From: Desulfatiglandales bacterium
Lineage (GTDB): Bacteria > Desulfobacterota > DSM-4660 > Desulfatiglandales > HGW-15
DNA: 64,000 nt
NCBI GenBank assembly: GCA_963667015.2
Contig: CAXXJJ010000004.1
Span: 2,816,001-2,880,000, forward strand
Reading direction: 5' to 3'
Part shown: positions 1-9,967 of the stretch, piece by piece
How positions within the stretch are numbered: the first letter of the stretch is position 1
Layout: each line of letters starts with the position of its first letter
Notes under the pieces: generated by a model
Told to the model about the DNA's origin: nothing
Databases searched by the model: none
The model's input: only the letters and a program-made list of their open reading frames with translations
Position numbers and translations under genes: made by a program

Positions 1-77
1 GGATCGCCCTTACACGGGCATTTGATCCGAATGATGTGGCACCCCAGGGTGGCCCGCTGGTCTAACACAATACAATC

Positions 78-233
78 GGGCAGACACGCAGGTCTGCCCG
101 TACATTGTTTTTTGGAGAATCGAATCTATTTAAATTAATTATAACCTGATTTGTAGGGGCGGACCTGTGTGTCCGCCCTTTTTTTTTAAAATTGCGATGT
201 GCGTTATAAGGGCACGGTGCGCTGTGCCCCTAC
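78..233. repeat. Cluster of GTAG-type REP-like palindromes
   Basis: gggcagacacgcaggtctgcccgtac (78-103, reverse), gtaggggcggacctgtgtgtccgccc (153-178) and gggcacggtgcgctgtgcccctac (210-233, reverse). Each is GTAG/GTAC followed by a GC-rich hairpin, in alternating orientation. Confidence 0.7.
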
Positions 234-337
234 ATTCTATTTTGATTAGTATTATCTGTTTTCCTGAAAGCCTATAGCCTAAGCCGCTTCAGCCTGTTTT
301 CCATCTGGTTTCTGATTTCTGACTACTGACTTCTCTT

Positions 338-778
338 TTATTTCTCCTCGGGCATAAGCATCTCCCAGGTACCCGCCGTAACCACGGAAAAATGGAAGAT
401 CGGCCTGTCAACGCGCCTTAATATCAAAGGGCAGTGTTTCATACCGCTGGGAATATAGATAAGGCTGCTTCTTGTAATAATGTGTTTTTCATCTTCCAGC
501 CATATCTCGACCTCGCCTCCAAGGTCATAGGGATCTTCATGGTTGTTACCGAAAAAACCGATGATCTCATTCGGTTCATGGGTATGAGCAGCAAGAGGAG
601 TCTCGCCTGTCTGTGGCTTCAGGTACCAAGACACATTCATCTGGAACGCTCCATCCACAACCTTGTCATCCATCCAGAGCACACGGGTCGCAAACTTTGC
701 ATAGTTCTTATTATACTCCTCTGAAAAAGGCGCCCTGAGATCCGATACTATGTATTTCCCGTATTTTGATTCTGCCAT
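338..778 (-). CDS. Small cupin-like putative metalloprotein
   Basis: 146 aa with HTH..E and G.KHCP cupin-type motifs; homologous to the repeated domains of 11358-12434 and 12617-13735. Confidence 0.65.
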   Translation of the reverse strand: MAESKYGKYIVSDLRAPFSEEYNKNYAKFATRVLWMDDKVVDGAFQMNVSWYLKPQTGETPLAAHTHEPNEIIGFFGNNHEDPYDLGGEVEIWLEDEKHIITRSSLIYIPSGMKHCPLILRRVDRPIFHFSVVTAGTWEMLMPEEK

Positions 779-779
779 A

Positions 780-2432
780 CTACCTCCCTTTATTCAGGAA
801 AAACCATCCCTTTTCCATCTCATCGAGGGTTTTCCTTATTGTAATAATGTTTCTTAACCTCTCATCAGGATCTTTAATTTCCATGATTTGATCCATTTTT
901 TTTACAACAGCGCGGTCTGCCTCGATCTTGCATCTTTCAAAATAGGCCTGTTGACTGCTGTAAAACCTGTATTTTTCTCTCTGGTCTATTGTAAATTCAA
1001 TGGAACTGTGAATCATTTCCACTATGGTATCCTTGTCGGCCACCGTTGTTTCATAATTCAGCCAATGGTGCCATGAGGGTTTTGAAAGCCATTCAATATA
1101 CTCCTCAAGATTATTATAGAGCAGTTTATACCCATATTTTTTCGGGTCATCAAAGGCCCTTGATCCCGGATCAATCACAATGGGCCCGAGGATCTGGCCT
1201 CCCATGGGAACTGATGAGTCAACACCCCCCAGATAACCTTTCATCAATGCCTCATTATCCGTTTTATCAAGCTCTTTCCACAGCTCCCAGGTCTCTTTCA
1301 TATGACCTTCGGTTTCACCGGCAAGACCTACTGAAAAAAAGTTTGTTACAGGTACATTATACTTATGACAGAGCTTTATTGTCTCAAGAAGTTTCTTATT
1401 GGTGTAATTTCGGCCCAAAAGTTTCCTCACCTCATCGGACCCTGTGTCCGGACATAAATGCATGATTATGTTCGGACTTACCCTGCTTGCCTGTTTTATA
1501 AACTCTTCATTAACAGGCGCAAGGATATCAAGGGACAGCCTCTCAATATAGGGCTTTTCTTTTATTAATAAATCAAACAATTCCTGCCAGTATTTTTTAC
1601 CTCCCATCCTGGCATCCTGGAAGAGCCCTATAAAAAAAATACCGTACTCATTTAATTTCTTCATATCCTGCACTATCTTGGCAGGGCTGCGAAAGGCGGG
1701 CTTATTCATTCCGAGATATTTTTTATAGGTATATGCAGAACCGCCGCAGATTGTGCAGTTGTATGTGCAGCCCCTGCATACCTCCAGGCTGTACCGTGCT
1801 ACAGAATCTTTCGGAAAAATGGAGGTTTTCGGCTCTATGAGGTCAAATCTGGTATATTCAAAGTCATCCAGGTCCTTACTGGCTTCCATCATTGGTGTTA
1901 TGATGGTTTCACCTTCACTTGATCTGTAGGTAAGGTTGGGCGTATCCGTAAGTTTTCCATTTTTTTCAAAGGCCTTTACAAGCTGCATTAAAGGCTTTTC
2001 TGCCTCCGCCCTTATTACCCCGTCAATAAAATCATATTTTTCAATGATTTCTTCATGGAAGCAGGTAGCCGTCAAACCGCCGACAATCACCATTGAATTG
2101 GGGTGATGTTTTTTACAGAGCCTTGCGATCTCAATGCCGCCCTGTGAATGCTGCTGAAAATGAAGCCCCACTGCATATATCTGGGCAGAGCACTCCTTTA
2201 TATGCTTTTCAACATCAAATTCAGGGGTAGTTGTCATCCTGTCACCAAGGTTATCAAGGATCACTTTGTAGCCATGCCTGTCAAGATAATCCGCGATACT
2301 CAGCATCCCTATGGGGACCTTGGTAAACTGGAGGCCCTCTACGGTTCTTCCGAATGCCCCCGGAAACATGGGGGTATATCTGAAATCATAAATGGCAGGC
2401 GGATGAAATAGTATTACATCATAACTTGTCAT
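780..2432 (-). CDS. Cobalamin-binding radical SAM protein
   Basis: N-terminal B12-binding-like domain (PIGMLSIADYL, VIVGGLTAT, RAEAE) and a CxxxCxxC motif (RGCTYNCTICGGS). Confidence 0.9.
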   Translation of the reverse strand: MTSYDVILFHPPAIYDFRYTPMFPGAFGRTVEGLQFTKVPIGMLSIADYLDRHGYKVILDNLGDRMTTTPEFDVEKHIKECSAQIYAVGLHFQQHSQGGIEIARLCKKHHPNSMVIVGGLTATCFHEEIIEKYDFIDGVIRAEAEKPLMQLVKAFEKNGKLTDTPNLTYRSSEGETIITPMMEASKDLDDFEYTRFDLIEPKTSIFPKDSVARYSLEVCRGCTYNCTICGGSAYTYKKYLGMNKPAFRSPAKIVQDMKKLNEYGIFFIGLFQDARMGGKKYWQELFDLLIKEKPYIERLSLDILAPVNEEFIKQASRVSPNIIMHLCPDTGSDEVRKLLGRNYTNKKLLETIKLCHKYNVPVTNFFSVGLAGETEGHMKETWELWKELDKTDNEALMKGYLGGVDSSVPMGGQILGPIVIDPGSRAFDDPKKYGYKLLYNNLEEYIEWLSKPSWHHWLNYETTVADKDTIVEMIHSSIEFTIDQREKYRFYSSQQAYFERCKIEADRAVVKKMDQIMEIKDPDERLRNIITIRKTLDEMEKGWFFLNKGR

Positions 2433-2507
2433 AAATTATACTCCTCATAGGTCAAATGGAAGGGATTGTGTCAGAAAGGTCGTTGCGTGTCAATTACTTG
2501 GACTTTA

Positions 2508-3254
2508 TTAAATAAAAATTAAAAACAATGCCCCGCAGACAGCAAGGACCTTTACAACCGCTGTAAATACCCTCTGGGAAATCCGGTGAACCATAAAAAT
2601 ACCGATAACTCCACCGACAATAATGAATGGCAGTAATAGCAGATTGGTTTGAAGTGACTGAATGCTGATAAGGTCAAGCCGGTTGCTGAAGGGAAGTTTT
2701 GACAGGTTAATCAACCAGAAGAACCATGCACTCGTCCCGATAAAACTTTCTTTGGGAAGCCTCATGGCCACAAGGTATATAACCATTACAGGCCCTGCTG
2801 CATTTGCCATCATGCTGGTTGATCCTGCCAGGACACCCAGCACTGCGGCAAAGAGCCAGTGCTCAGGGATACTGTCATTGGGAAAGACCTTTTCCCTGAG
2901 CCATGAAACCGCGATAAGGATAAGTACGAGGATACCGATAAATCCCCTGAGATACATATTTGAGATATAACTCATTCCAAGGAATCCGGAAAAGATCCCC
3001 AGCCATGCCCATGGCAACAGTCTTAAAAGCTGCCTCCACGCCACATGTCCGCGCCAGTATATTATGGCAAATATATCCGCCATAATGAGCATCGGCAGGA
3101 CAAATCCGGTTGACTCTTTGGCAGGCATTATGGATGCAGCCAGGAGGGGAGCAAGAATCCCGCTTCCCGGGATTCCCGCTTTTGTAAAACCAATCATAAT
3201 GGCGCATACCACGGCAATTGCCCATTGAAAAAAACTGAATTCAAACATAATCAT
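2508..3254 (-). CDS. TauE/SafE family (sulfite exporter-like) membrane protein
   Basis: 248 aa, about 8 hydrophobic segments, GFTKAGIPGSG and ANAAGP motifs. Confidence 0.85.
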   Translation of the reverse strand: MIMFEFSFFQWAIAVVCAIMIGFTKAGIPGSGILAPLLAASIMPAKESTGFVLPMLIMADIFAIIYWRGHVAWRQLLRLLPWAWLGIFSGFLGMSYISNMYLRGFIGILVLILIAVSWLREKVFPNDSIPEHWLFAAVLGVLAGSTSMMANAAGPVMVIYLVAMRLPKESFIGTSAWFFWLINLSKLPFSNRLDLISIQSLQTNLLLLPFIIVGGVIGIFMVHRISQRVFTAVVKVLAVCGALFLIFI

Positions 3255-3303
3255 ACTTTTTAAGGCTCTTTGAACCTCAAACTCCCTGGCAGACAGGTAT
3301 TCA

Positions 3304-4176
3304 TTATTTAAATTTTGAAGAGAACCGATCCACTAAAATATTTTCATCTTCTGAATCATTATTTTTAGAGATATCAATTATAAAGCCGGGTTCAGTATTT
3401 AATATCATAAAGCCATCCGCAACTGAAACCGGCCAGCCATCCTTATTGAATGCCCTGATATCACTGAAACCGGTCATGCCTTCCTCATCATCTCCGGAGA
3501 TCGACAGAGACAGCTTTACATCCTGCTCCTGTCTGCATCGGTTTATGGCCACGATACGCAGCCTGTTCATTCTGCCTGAAGGAAGCTCTCCGAGTTCATC
3601 CCGCGATAATGCATGCTCCGAAACCATCTCTGCTATTTCAGGATAGCTCATCTCATCCATATCTGATATGGGAGGCACATCCTTTGAGGGCAAGAAATAT
3701 AACTGGATCTGGTTCCTGTCAAAATATTTTGGCTCAGCAGTCGCTTTTTCCAGAAATATTAAATTCTTCCCCAGATAATAATATGCGGTTACATCAACAA
3801 AAGCCGTCCTCAACCCCGGATCCCTGAACTCAAGAATAAAACTCAATTCACGATACTTTTCGTCATCCAGCAATGATATATCCTTGGTTATTGCAGCGCC
3901 TACAAGCTTGAATTCCCTGTATACAAGCCCGGTGCCATCCTTTAAGGTGCCAAAATTTTCGTCGAACATTACAGGGCCTATCCCCTGTTCTCTTACACCC
4001 TTCATGTTATAAACAACGGCCATTATAACAGACTGAATATCAACACGCTGATCCGATAATTTTTCGACTGGAATCTCATAATCTTCATCTGTCCCGGCAG
4101 GGACATTTGACGCACAAAAAATTAACAGTGAAGTTAATATGATTATATATTTGTTTAATACAGTTCTACTGATCAT
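3304..4176 (-). CDS. Hypothetical exported protein
   Basis: 290 aa ORF with N-terminal signal-like segment; start overlaps the stop of the upstream gene. Confidence 0.7.
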   Translation of the reverse strand: MISRTVLNKYIIILTSLLIFCASNVPAGTDEDYEIPVEKLSDQRVDIQSVIMAVVYNMKGVREQGIGPVMFDENFGTLKDGTGLVYREFKLVGAAITKDISLLDDEKYRELSFILEFRDPGLRTAFVDVTAYYYLGKNLIFLEKATAEPKYFDRNQIQLYFLPSKDVPPISDMDEMSYPEIAEMVSEHALSRDELGELPSGRMNRLRIVAINRCRQEQDVKLSLSISGDDEEGMTGFSDIRAFNKDGWPVSVADGFMILNTEPGFIIDISKNNDSEDENILVDRFSSKFK

Positions 4177-6005
4177 TATTTCTCTTCCTCTCCTTCCGAA
4201 GGACTGTCTGAATTATCAGAGAATATTTCATCAACATAGGCATTGGCTCTGGCAGTAAATCCCGCTTCCTTTCCTCCCTGTTTTCCCTGCTCAACTCCAA
4301 GACCGTCCACGGCGGCCCTTTTCAACCCGTCTCTTACCACATTTTTATTTGCCTTATATATATGGGATTTTATACGCGTATCAAGAGCCCCGTCTATAAA
4401 TCTTCCTGTCTGATTTTTTGTTTTTTCAAAGGCCGTCTCACGAACCATTTCACTTACTCTATTTTTATAAGCCTTATTTTCTTCGAGTACCTTTCCGCCG
4501 ATTCCCTTTGTCAGTTTTCCGCCGGCCCAGCCGGTTGCCTGGTCAATAGCTCCTGTAATGGCGCCCTTTGTAACGGCCTTTGTGAGATCACCGCTTCTTT
4601 GATATTCTGCAGTTCCTTCGCCAATCCCGGCAGCCAGGCTGTCAAAACGACCATATGAAACCATTGCGCTTGTAACCGGTGCACATGTTGCAGCTCCCTG
4701 TGGCCCAACACAGGCTGCCGCAACAATCAGTACCTTTCCTCCAACTATTATATTTTCACCATGATCAATGATGGTTTCAGACACCCAATTGTTATATATC
4801 CAGTTATTATCATTCAACCTTCTGGAGTATTCTTCATTAATCCTTTGCCTGGCCTCTCTATCTTCCTTTTCAATTTTCTTATCTTCTTTTTCCCTTTCAG
4901 CCCGTGCAAGATCTATCTGCGCCTTTCTCGCTGCCCAGCGCTTTTTATCCAGTTCTGTGGGGACAAAAACAGAGGCATCAGGCAGAGGCATATAATAGGA
5001 CTCTTCCGGCTCGGGTTCTGCTGGTTCCTCGACAATTTCAGTGACTTCCGGCGTCTCCTTTGTTACGGGAACCTGGACTGCAGCCACCTCTTTTTTAAGG
5101 ATTTCCCTTGTTGATTGATTTTCCGCACGATTGATCTGGTGCTGATTATCCCTTATCCACTGTTCCGTGCTTTCGCTGAAGTCGTGTTTCTCCCTGTCTC
5201 CCACCCATTGGGCCCCTGCTTCTGTTGTACCTGATTTTGGAATTGCTGGGACGGAGGCAATCCTTTGTCCGGAGGATTCATTAATAAGTGCCAGCAACTC
5301 AGGTATACCTCCAAGTTCCTCGGCATTCAGTTTCAATGTATCAATAATTGCCTTTGAAATTGCCTTGTGCTCCTGTTTCTTACTTGGAAAGATTGTATAG
5401 CTGCTCTTTTTCACATCATTTACTTCATATATCTTTTCAAAAAATTTCAGGCCTCCATGATACATGCCTACCCTGATTTTAATGCTCGCAATTAAGGAAG
5501 GCCTGACCATTCCTCCCATTCGAAAACTGAACTCAACAGTTTCAGGTACAATGGCTATGGAATCGGGCCCGGCTCCAGACAGACTGGATGCCTCAGTTAT
5601 TTTTTCAAAAACCTGTGGATAGATCATTTCAGCGGCCTTTTTAAGGCCTTCGCCTATATGAAACTCATACTTTCTGAAAGATCCCTGGAATGATTCAGGC
5701 TTGCCCTTAAACACATAATTTACTGCCTCAGGGGTAAGCACAAGACAGGCCGGGTAACTGATCTTTCCAGCATCTATTTTTGCATAGGGCATAGAGGAAA
5801 AATCAATCCGGTCATAAAGGGGAATAGCCGAAAAAGGACCACCTGCTGCATTATCTACACTTTTAATTACCTGATTCGAATTGTTTATACCTTTTTCATC
5901 CAGTTGATCCTTCAACAGATCTCCGGCTGTCTGGCCGGCCTGTGAAAGAACCGGCATCAGCAGATATATCAATATTATGTTTATCTTCAAAAATAACTTT
6001 GACAT
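4176..6005 (-). CDS. Hypothetical exported protein with coiled-coil and Gly/Ala-rich C-terminal region
   Basis: 609 aa, signal peptide (MSKLFLKINIILIYLLMPVLSQA), AAGGAG ribosome-binding site upstream. Confidence 0.75.
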   Translation of the reverse strand: MSKLFLKINIILIYLLMPVLSQAGQTAGDLLKDQLDEKGINNSNQVIKSVDNAAGGPFSAIPLYDRIDFSSMPYAKIDAGKISYPACLVLTPEAVNYVFKGKPESFQGSFRKYEFHIGEGLKKAAEMIYPQVFEKITEASSLSGAGPDSIAIVPETVEFSFRMGGMVRPSLIASIKIRVGMYHGGLKFFEKIYEVNDVKKSSYTIFPSKKQEHKAISKAIIDTLKLNAEELGGIPELLALINESSGQRIASVPAIPKSGTTEAGAQWVGDREKHDFSESTEQWIRDNQHQINRAENQSTREILKKEVAAVQVPVTKETPEVTEIVEEPAEPEPEESYYMPLPDASVFVPTELDKKRWAARKAQIDLARAEREKEDKKIEKEDREARQRINEEYSRRLNDNNWIYNNWVSETIIDHGENIIVGGKVLIVAAACVGPQGAATCAPVTSAMVSYGRFDSLAAGIGEGTAEYQRSGDLTKAVTKGAITGAIDQATGWAGGKLTKGIGGKVLEENKAYKNRVSEMVRETAFEKTKNQTGRFIDGALDTRIKSHIYKANKNVVRDGLKRAAVDGLGVEQGKQGGKEAGFTARANAYVDEIFSDNSDSPSEGEEEK

Positions 6006-6080
6006 TACAACTCCTTATAACAGAAATAAAACACCCCGCGGCGATCAGCGGGGAGCAGATTTTGCGCTTTGCAACATATT

Positions 6081-9000
6081 TTATTTCTTGTTTAAAAGTT
6101 CACCTTTAATGCCTGCCCCGAGGGTTTCAAGCGAAAAAGGTTTTTTAACATATTTACCGGCTCCCAGGTTCTGTATCGCGACAACATCTTCGGTTTCAGA
6201 ATATCCGCTTACAATAACAGCCTTCTGTCCCGGATTTAATTTTGCTATTCGCTCATATGTCTCTCTACCGCTTATTCCGGGAGCCATAATCATGTCCAGC
6301 AACACCAGGTCCACCCTGTTATTCTTCAGATATTCTATTGCTTCCTCCCCACTCGAAACTGCTATGTGCCGGTACCCCAGAGATTCAAGCATTTTGCAGG
6401 ATATCTCTCTCTGGCTGTTGATGTCATCCACCACAAGAATTAACTCACCACTCCCCTTTAACTCATTCAGTGAAACAGATGATGCCTTCCTTACCGGTTC
6501 CTCTCTGGTTATGGGAAAATACAATTCGAATCTGGAGCCATGCTTATCACTTTTTACATCAATATATCCTGAATGGTCCTGCACCGTATTCCATACAACT
6601 GCCAGGCCTAATCCTGTACCACTCTTACCCATTACCTTTTTGGTAAAAAACGGTTCAAATATTCTGTCAAGATTTTCAGGGGCTATTCCGGGACCGTCAT
6701 CGACTACAGTCAAGACCACATATTCTCCTGCATTAACATCCTCATACTTACTGATAGGCGCATCAATATATCTGTTGCTTGTAGATATAGTGACATGACC
6801 TTCATCTTCAATAGCCTCTGAGGCGTTTGATACAAGATTCATGATCACCTTTTTAATATGAATAAGTGAACCTGAGATATTAAACAGATCACTATCAAGA
6901 TTTGTCTGGAATTCAACCAGGGGATTGTAAATTTTAAGATTGTTAAATTCAGGGGAAATCAAATATTCCTCGATTACCTTATTCAGGTTTAATGGTCCCT
7001 TCACAGTGGCTGCCCCGCGGGCTATGGTAAGCAGATCCTGTACTATAGCTACGGCTTTATTTCCTGACTCCTGTATGGTTTCAATAGGCTTTCTCAGTTT
7101 ACTGTCTACGGGTAAATCCAGAAGCAGTAACTCCGGATAACTGACTATTCCCGACAATACATTATTAAGATCATGTGCTACGCCTCCCGCGAGGAGACCT
7201 AACGACTCCATCTTTTTAGACCGTGCAAGCTTTTCCTCACTCTCCCTTATTTTTTTCTGGGCAATTTTCCACTCGGTTATATCCTGGTTTACACCATAGG
7301 ACCTTATTGGGATTCCCTCGCTGTTTTTAACCCTTATGACCTGGTTTATTACATAGCCTGTTGTTCCATCAGCATACAGCATCCTGTGTTCAAGTTTTCC
7401 ATGCAAGGGAGTGCCATTTTTCATGGCCTCTTTCTTATTATCATCAAGGATATGAATATCATCGGGATGCACAAAGCGGCGTTTGTACTCCTCAAGGGAC
7501 ATTTTATATCCGCCCATTTCCTCAGCATTGGTATGATATAATTTATAGAACTGATCATTAAAGGTGAACTGCTGGGTCTTAATGTCCAATTCCCAGGGCC
7601 CCAGATGTGCAAGCTCGATTGCTGTCGCTAATTGAGCCTGTAATTTCTCCTGCTCTCTTTCAACCTGTTTACGCTGAACAGCGTTTGTAAAAGTCTCTCC
7701 GATAATACGAAGAATTACGATTTCGTCTTCTGACCATGTTCTTTTTTTCCGTATACTGTCAAACCCCAAAAATCCAACCAGGTTTTCACCATGCCTTATT
7801 ACAAGGAACATGAAGGATTTAATCCCTTTTTTTTCAAAATGGGTTATGTCTTTATGCGCTTCAGGAGGGAGCCTGCTGACATCCGGAACGTGGACAACTT
7901 CCTCTGACTGAATTATTTCATGAATCCAGGGCATATCCTTTTCAGGCTGCATTTCCTGAATACCCCCGATATGCGGAACTGAATCATCGGAACGCCATTC
8001 ATTAAAGTTATTAAACATTAATTTATCCGTGTGGCGAAGGAAAAGGTAAGCATGTTCAACTCCTAATTTCTTTCCTATAGCAGCGAGGGCTTCATCAATA
8101 CAGGCATCAACTTCATAGTGACTCAATCCAACAAGCCTGGAGGATATTTCACTTATAAGGCGCTCCAGTTCTGATCTCCTGGCAAGATCATCCTCAATTT
8201 TTTTCCTTTCGGTAATGTCCCTGCCAATACCAAGAACACCCACAAGTGTGCCATCTCTCTCGTACATCGGGGTTCTTAAGGTTTCCAGTATTTCCCGGTG
8301 ACCATCATTGGCAAATATAATCTCTTCCTCATTTCTGCCCGACCATCCTCTGTCCATAGCCGTTTTGTCATTTTCCCTAAACATATCAGCAAGTTTACTG
8401 TCAACAAAATCATAGTCAGTTTTATCAATTATCTTATTCTCACTGGCACCTAAAAGGTTTTCAACCCTGGGATTACAATACAAATATTTCCCATCAACAT
8501 CCTTAAGCCATATCAGATCCGGAATAGTCCTCATGAGGGTACGTAAATATGTCTCGCTCTTCTTGAGTGCTTCTTCTGCTTTTTTGCGTTCCGTAATATC
8601 AAATATCAGTGACAGTATTACCGGCTGCCCTTCCAGCATTATCTTACTCAGATGTATCTCACTGTCATACAGTGATCCGTCTTTTCTCTGTGTCAATGCC
8701 TCAAAGGTGAATGAAGCGCCTAAATCAATACCCTTCCATAACCCTGTCACATCTTCATCAGGGTTCAGATCAGGACCGGCTGTCTCCATTATTGTCAAAT
8801 TCAGGAGTTCTTCTCTTAAATAACCTTTAACCCTGCAGGTCTCTTCATTCACAATGAGATGCCTTCCTTCAAGGTCATGGACTGTAACACTGCACGGCAG
8901 GCTTTCCAGGACAGTCCTGAACCTTTCTTCGCTTTCCCTTAATGCGGTTTCAGAATTTTTCCTGTTTTTTATCTCCAGCTCCATCTGTTCTTTGGCTAAT

Positions 9001-9716
9001 TTCAATTCGGAAGTCTGATGCACAAGTTTCTCAATGGAAACGGACATAGAATTTAACAACCAGCCAAGGCTCACAACGAGAGCAATAGTAAAGCATCCGT
9101 ATATGAATGTAATATTGATCCATGATGGCAATTCGGTTGAGTATTCCTTTATTTCAAGGCTTAGTTCCCAATACCCGCTATGAAAAAGAATCCCCGTGAT
9201 AATTAGGACAACAATGTTAATTGATGAAAATAAAACTCCTGGCCTCACCCCGAAATAGATCGTCACAAGTATGCTTCCGAAAATAAAATAAGGAACTCCC
9301 GCTCCCGCAATCCCCCATTTTGATATTGAAAAAACGGCTATAATAAATGAACAGGCCACAAGGGAAACTGCCTTAAACCGAACCGGAATTTTTCTCCGAA
9401 AACATACGGAAATCAGGCATATAGAATATATAAAAAAATGAGTTAACAGGATCGATAAGCCGCCAACCGCGAGATACCGCAGATATGAAATGAGGATAAG
9501 AGGTGCACCGAGAAACGCAATACAAATCAGTATGGTGTTTGCCAGTCTGTCTCTGATATTCTGTATACTCTCATATTCGGAGCCTGATACCCAGAAAGAA
9601 TCACTCATATTCTTTTTATTTTTATCCATAAAATCCCATCCAGTGAATTTCCGGATAATCCTTAAAGTTAATACTGACAACCTTGAAGCAATAATTCGGA
9701 TATTACTAATGCCCAA
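6081..9716 (-). CDS. Membrane-bound PAS/GAF hybrid sensor histidine kinase with receiver domain
   Basis: N-terminal TM helices, PAS/PAC repeats (DITERK), GAF, H-box AHDLNN, GTGLGL G-box, C-terminal receiver (LVVDD, LLDMIM, KKPF). The true start may be the ATG at 9629. Confidence 0.95.
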   Translation of the reverse strand: MGISNIRIIASRLSVLTLRIIRKFTGWDFMDKNKKNMSDSFWVSGSEYESIQNIRDRLANTILICIAFLGAPLILISYLRYLAVGGLSILLTHFFIYSICLISVCFRRKIPVRFKAVSLVACSFIIAVFSISKWGIAGAGVPYFIFGSILVTIYFGVRPGVLFSSINIVVLIITGILFHSGYWELSLEIKEYSTELPSWINITFIYGCFTIALVVSLGWLLNSMSVSIEKLVHQTSELKLAKEQMELEIKNRKNSETALRESEERFRTVLESLPCSVTVHDLEGRHLIVNEETCRVKGYLREELLNLTIMETAGPDLNPDEDVTGLWKGIDLGASFTFEALTQRKDGSLYDSEIHLSKIMLEGQPVILSLIFDITERKKAEEALKKSETYLRTLMRTIPDLIWLKDVDGKYLYCNPRVENLLGASENKIIDKTDYDFVDSKLADMFRENDKTAMDRGWSGRNEEEIIFANDGHREILETLRTPMYERDGTLVGVLGIGRDITERKKIEDDLARRSELERLISEISSRLVGLSHYEVDACIDEALAAIGKKLGVEHAYLFLRHTDKLMFNNFNEWRSDDSVPHIGGIQEMQPEKDMPWIHEIIQSEEVVHVPDVSRLPPEAHKDITHFEKKGIKSFMFLVIRHGENLVGFLGFDSIRKKRTWSEDEIVILRIIGETFTNAVQRKQVEREQEKLQAQLATAIELAHLGPWELDIKTQQFTFNDQFYKLYHTNAEEMGGYKMSLEEYKRRFVHPDDIHILDDNKKEAMKNGTPLHGKLEHRMLYADGTTGYVINQVIRVKNSEGIPIRSYGVNQDITEWKIAQKKIRESEEKLARSKKMESLGLLAGGVAHDLNNVLSGIVSYPELLLLDLPVDSKLRKPIETIQESGNKAVAIVQDLLTIARGAATVKGPLNLNKVIEEYLISPEFNNLKIYNPLVEFQTNLDSDLFNISGSLIHIKKVIMNLVSNASEAIEDEGHVTISTSNRYIDAPISKYEDVNAGEYVVLTVVDDGPGIAPENLDRIFEPFFTKKVMGKSGTGLGLAVVWNTVQDHSGYIDVKSDKHGSRFELYFPITREEPVRKASSVSLNELKGSGELILVVDDINSQREISCKMLESLGYRHIAVSSGEEAIEYLKNNRVDLVLLDMIMAPGISGRETYERIAKLNPGQKAVIVSGYSETEDVVAIQNLGAGKYVKKPFSLETLGAGIKGELLNKK

Positions 9717-9967
9717 TGTTACAAAGAATTATCCGATTATTTTAAAAGCAAAAAGTATACCAGCAAAGACACTAAAGATATTACTTATAATATCAAAATG
9801 TTACAGGATTAATTAAAAACAGAAAAACTGCAGAGTGAAGATTTTTTGACGTATCTATGGAATGTATAAGAATACAGGTATTTGATATACTCAAGGTGTG
9901 ATAAAAAATCCCGGTTTACAGCCGGCCAGGTTACCAGTAGATTTATTGGGTATCGGCCGGCCTATTA

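Noticed and set aside
5977..6798. 273-aa plus-strand ORF and the many other short overlapping ORFs in the track
   Set aside because: They lie antisense or out of frame within well-supported genes and have no recognisable motifs.
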